DNA from: a virus | DNA: 40,878 nt | UHGV virus genome: UHGV-0182401 | Direction: 5' to 3' (one strand) | Shown here: piece by piece, positions 38,658 to 40,878 of the stretch | How the letters are laid out: every line of letters begins with the position of its first letter | Position numbering within the stretch: position 1 is the stretch's first letter | The notes under the pieces: model-generated | Database searches by the model: none | What the model saw: only the letters and a program-made list of their open reading frames with translations | What the model was told of the DNA's origin: nothing | Translations under genes and position numbers: made by a program

Positions 38658-38686
38658 AAAAAAATTGCCCTCACATTAGAGGGCAA
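38658..38686 (-). terminator. Intrinsic terminator within the leftward early operon
   Basis: TTGCCCTC-ACATTA-GAGGGCAA hairpin followed by TTTTTTT on the minus strand, directly upstream of a gene start. Confidence 0.5.
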
Positions 38687-39050
38687 AGAAGATTTCCAAT
38701 AATCAGAACAAGTCGGCTCCTGTTTAGTTACGAGCGACATTGCTCCGTGTATTCACTCGTTGGAATGAATACACAGTGCTGTGTTTATTCTGTTATTTAT
38801 GCCAAAAATAAAGGCCACTATCAGGCAGCTTTGTTGTTCTATTAACCAAGTTCTCTGGCAATCATTGCCGTCGTTCGTATTGCCCACACCATTGATTCTT
38901 ATCAATAGTCGTAGTCATACGGATAGTCCTGGTATTGTTCCATCACATCCTGCGGATGCTCTTCGAACTCTTCAAATTCTTCTTCCATATCTCACCTCAA
39001 ATAAGTGGTTTGCTGCCAAAACAATGAACCATCCGGAAATTCCAGATAGT

Positions 39051-39278
39051 TCATAATTCACTCTTCAATACTTCCAACTTACTAATCGCCGATAGATATC
39101 CGCGCTGATAGGGCATCATCATTCCTTCGAGCTTGCCACTTCTTAACTCCTCCCTGAGCAATTGTATTGCTTGATCAATAACCTCTGCCTTAGCGTCCTT
39201 TATGGCTTGCTTGCGGGGCTTTGCTTTCTGCTTTGGCAGATTTCTCAAGCATGATGGAATGTATGTCTGATTCATCAC
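39051..39278 (-). CDS. Hypothetical early protein (75 aa)
   Basis: Immediately downstream of the N-like gene. Confidence 0.45.
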   Translation of the reverse strand: MMNQTYIPSCLRNLPKQKAKPRKQAIKDAKAEVIDQAIQLLREELRSGKLEGMMMPYQRGYLSAISKLEVLKSEL

Positions 39279-39551
39279 TTACCTGGCTGTCAGTTGTTTT
39301 GATTTCCGGTAGCCTGCCGAGTAAATGGCTACGTTTGGCAGGCAAATACTTCCACTGCATTCTTCTGCCTTCTTGCAGCGAAGGCTTCCTAGTGATGCTG
39401 CTTTATCTGCTCTGACGCAACCAGAGAGCTTTAGCGCAATTTTTCGTGACAATCGCTGTTCTTGCATTGCCTGTTCACGTTGAGCCTGTCTGCGTGCTCT
39501 GCGGCGATTTCTGGCGTTATCGTCAGCCAGATATGTAATGACTACTGTCAT
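39279..39551 (-). CDS. N: N-like transcription antiterminator (P22 gp24-like)
   Basis: Arginine-rich motif NARNRRRARRQAQREQ; C-terminus YSAGYRKSKQLTAR resembles remembered P22 gp24; first gene after pL and nutL. Confidence 0.75.
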   Translation of the reverse strand: MTVVITYLADDNARNRRRARRQAQREQAMQEQRLSRKIALKLSGCVRADKAASLGSLRCKKAEECSGSICLPNVAIYSAGYRKSKQLTAR

Positions 39552-39657
39552 GTTGACCTCCGATGATTGACTTTGGCGGTGACGCGCCGGGTGCTTATCT
39601 TCCGGTTGCCGTCGTGCAGCTGCACTTCACGTCACCCCAAAGCCAACTACTCTTTGG

Positions 39658-39700
39658 TTCCCGCATTTCGGCGGGACAATCCCATCAATGTTAAAGAGCC
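39658..39700 (-). promoter_or_regulatory. nutL: boxA (GCTCTTTAACA) plus boxB hairpin
   Basis: On the minus strand, boxA at 39689-39699 followed 11 nt later by the same TCCCGCCGAAATGCGGGA hairpin seen in nutR. Confidence 0.6.
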
Positions 39701-39745
39701 TGCCAATCTGTTCCGTTTGGCTACCAGCTTCCTGCTGATGGCTAG

Positions 39746-39774
39746 ATAATCACAAATTGTGGTCGTACTGTCAA
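39746..39774 (-). promoter_or_regulatory. Candidate pL promoter (TTGACA-N17-GATTAT) with overlapping operator-like palindrome
   Basis: Consensus -35 and reasonable -10 on the minus strand; palindrome CACAAATTGTG at 39751-39761 in the spacer. Confidence 0.45.
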
Positions 39775-39846
39775 CACGAAATGTGATTGTTTTTATCACA
39801 ACCCGTGTTTACATTGATTTTAAAGGTAATTTAATTTTCTTTGGGC

Positions 39847-39871
39847 AACAAAAAACCCGCCGAAGCGGGTT
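39847..39871 (-). terminator. Intrinsic terminator downstream of cI
   Basis: AACCCGC-CGAA-GCGGGTT hairpin followed by a T-run on the minus strand, about 25 nt after the cI stop. Confidence 0.55.
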
Positions 39872-39895
39872 TGATGTTTTTAAGTGGCGGGTATA

Positions 39896-40537
39896 TCAGG
39901 AGAATTTCATCATCATCTGCACTGCTACGCCGATTATCTTGCAGTTGCCGTCGATTGGGATCAACGGATAGGCAGGGTTAAGCCCTTTCAGGTATTTGTT
40001 ACCGCCATCAATGATTAGCTTCTTGAACGTGGCTTCATTAGCATCTGTCAGCTTCGCAACTACCAGGCTTCCATTAACGGCTTCCTTTCCAGTGTCGAAC
40101 AGAACCAGCATACCCTCAGGAACGCTAAGGCCGGTAGGAGCTGTCATTGAGTCGCCCTGAACCCTGAGCCAGAAGGCGTCACCGACAACGTGACAATCTG
40201 ATTCATACCACTCATCCACTGCCTGAGGGTTGTACGGCTCTACGGCCTCACTCCATGCACCTGCGCTAACCCAGCTAATCAACGGAAACTTTTCCCCTGG
40301 CTTGTATTGTCCCTGATAGTTGTCGCCAAAAAGCAGTTCTGCCGGAGCGACACCCAAAGCTTTAGCTATTACCTCTGCGTCATCAACACTAACGCTTCTG
40401 GTTCCTGATTCATAGTTGCCGATCCGAGATTGTGAAGCCCAGCCGCAAAGCTCCGCAAGAGCCTTCTGTGTAAGCCCTTTATCTTCCCGTAATCGCTTGA
40501 TACGCGCGGCGATAGTTTCTGTTCTGTTCATGCGCAT
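39896..40537 (-). CDS. cI: CI-type repressor (helix-turn-helix plus LexA-like S24 autocleavage domain)
   Basis: 213 aa; C-terminal domain PLISWVSAG...VQGDSMTAP...CKIIGV closely resembles remembered P22 C2; divergent from cro. Confidence 0.9.
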   Translation of the reverse strand: MRMNRTETIAARIKRLREDKGLTQKALAELCGWASQSRIGNYESGTRSVSVDDAEVIAKALGVAPAELLFGDNYQGQYKPGEKFPLISWVSAGAWSEAVEPYNPQAVDEWYESDCHVVGDAFWLRVQGDSMTAPTGLSVPEGMLVLFDTGKEAVNGSLVVAKLTDANEATFKKLIIDGGNKYLKGLNPAYPLIPIDGNCKIIGVAVQMMMKFS

Positions 40538-40579
40538 TTTATATCACATTCCGTGGTTTAAGGCTTTACACGATTTGTG

Positions 40580-40608
40580 TTGACTATCAATCACAATGTG
40601 TGTTTAAT
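40580..40608 (+). promoter_or_regulatory. Candidate pR promoter (TTGACT-N17-TTTAAT) with operator-like palindromes
   Basis: In the cI-cro intergenic region; ACACGATTTGTGT and TCACAATGTGTG nearby. Confidence 0.45.
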
Positions 40609-40641
40609 AAAGACTGAGTGAACTAGCTCTTAAGGAAACCT

Positions 40642-40857
40642 ATGAACAACATTGCCAACGAACGGAAAAAGCTTGGCATCACTCAATCTGCGTTAGCAGG
40701 CGCGTGTGGCTGGAACCAGTCCCGCTTAGCTAACTACGAGTCAGGTATCCGGACTCCAGATTTAGAGTCGTGCCGTAGCCTGGTAAAGGCGCTGAATAAA
40801 TTGGGGAGCAAGACAACGCTAGATGGCTTGTTCCCGCCGCGTAAGAACGCCGCATAA
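40642..40857 (+). CDS. cro: Cro-like helix-turn-helix regulator
   Basis: 71 aa XRE-type helix-turn-helix (LGITQSALAGACGWNQSRLANYESG), divergent from cI. Confidence 0.7.
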   Translation: MNNIANERKKLGITQSALAGACGWNQSRLANYESGIRTPDLESCRSLVKALNKLGSKTTLDGLFPPRKNAA

Positions 40858-40863
40858 GCAAAT

Positions 40864-40875
40864 TGCTCTTTAACA
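40864..40875 (+). promoter_or_regulatory. nutR boxA (TGCTCTTTAACA)
   Basis: Matches the rrn-type boxA consensus as remembered; its boxB partner is at positions 11-30. Confidence 0.55.
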
Positions 40876-40878
40876 GTC

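Larger units (their letters stand above)
1..40878. mobile_element. Temperate phage genome, circularly permuted in this window (lambdoid/P22-like early and lysis genes, P2-like contractile tail)
   Basis: Full set of phage modules in vegetative order; nutR split across window ends; att core lies between tail fibre genes and int. Confidence 0.8.

Noticed and set aside
38913-38999. 28-aa acidic micro-ORF (MEEEFEEFEEHPQD...) on the minus strand with a GAGGTGA site
   Set aside because: Too short and too low in complexity to call without conservation or ribosome-profiling evidence.
1-40878. CRISPR arrays, insertion sequences or transposases
   Set aside because: No short direct repeats with regular spacers and no transposase-like ORF or terminal inverted repeats were seen; the only mobility gene is the phage integrase.

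Overview
The window reads as a complete, circularly permuted genome of a temperate enterobacterial phage (about 40.9 kb), not a chromosomal segment. The evidence is that a nutR-like site is split across the two window ends (boxA at 40864-40875, boxB hairpin at 11-30) and that a phage attachment core carrying the 3-prime 46 nt of a tRNA-Thr (thrW-like) sits directly beside the integrase (attP arrangement). All similarity calls below come from reading the translations against remembered protein families; nothing was searched or computed, and coordinates of non-ORF features may be off by 1-2 nt. Modules, in window order: cII, an O-like initiator with an internal iteron/AT-rich origin, a DnaB-like helicase, a nin region (NinB, NinD/NinE-like, Roi-like, YbcO-like, RusA, NinH-like) and a Q-like antiterminator; a candidate late promoter and terminator; a three-gene, apparently GC-rich cargo cluster; lambda-type S/R/Rz/Rz1 lysis genes; Rha; HNH-TerS-TerL; a Mu-F-type head module; a P2-like contractile tail with a -1 frameshift chaperone pair; an AT-rich insertion inside the baseplate genes; tail fibre genes; then on the minus strand int/xis, accessory genes, SSB, a Rad52-like annealing protein, kil- and cIII-like small genes, an N-like antiterminator with nutL, and cI/cro. 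The most interesting candidate is the cargo cluster between Q and the holin (6593-8599: unknown protein, GT-B glycosyltransferase-like protein, SAM-dependent methyltransferase), which occupies the position where Stx phages carry toxin genes; its function is unknown. Other points worth a second look are a tRNA-like element downstream of Q, the AT-rich insertion in the baseplate module, an SSB with a 15-residue extension past the canonical DDDIPF tail, and a co-directional set of unknown early genes.
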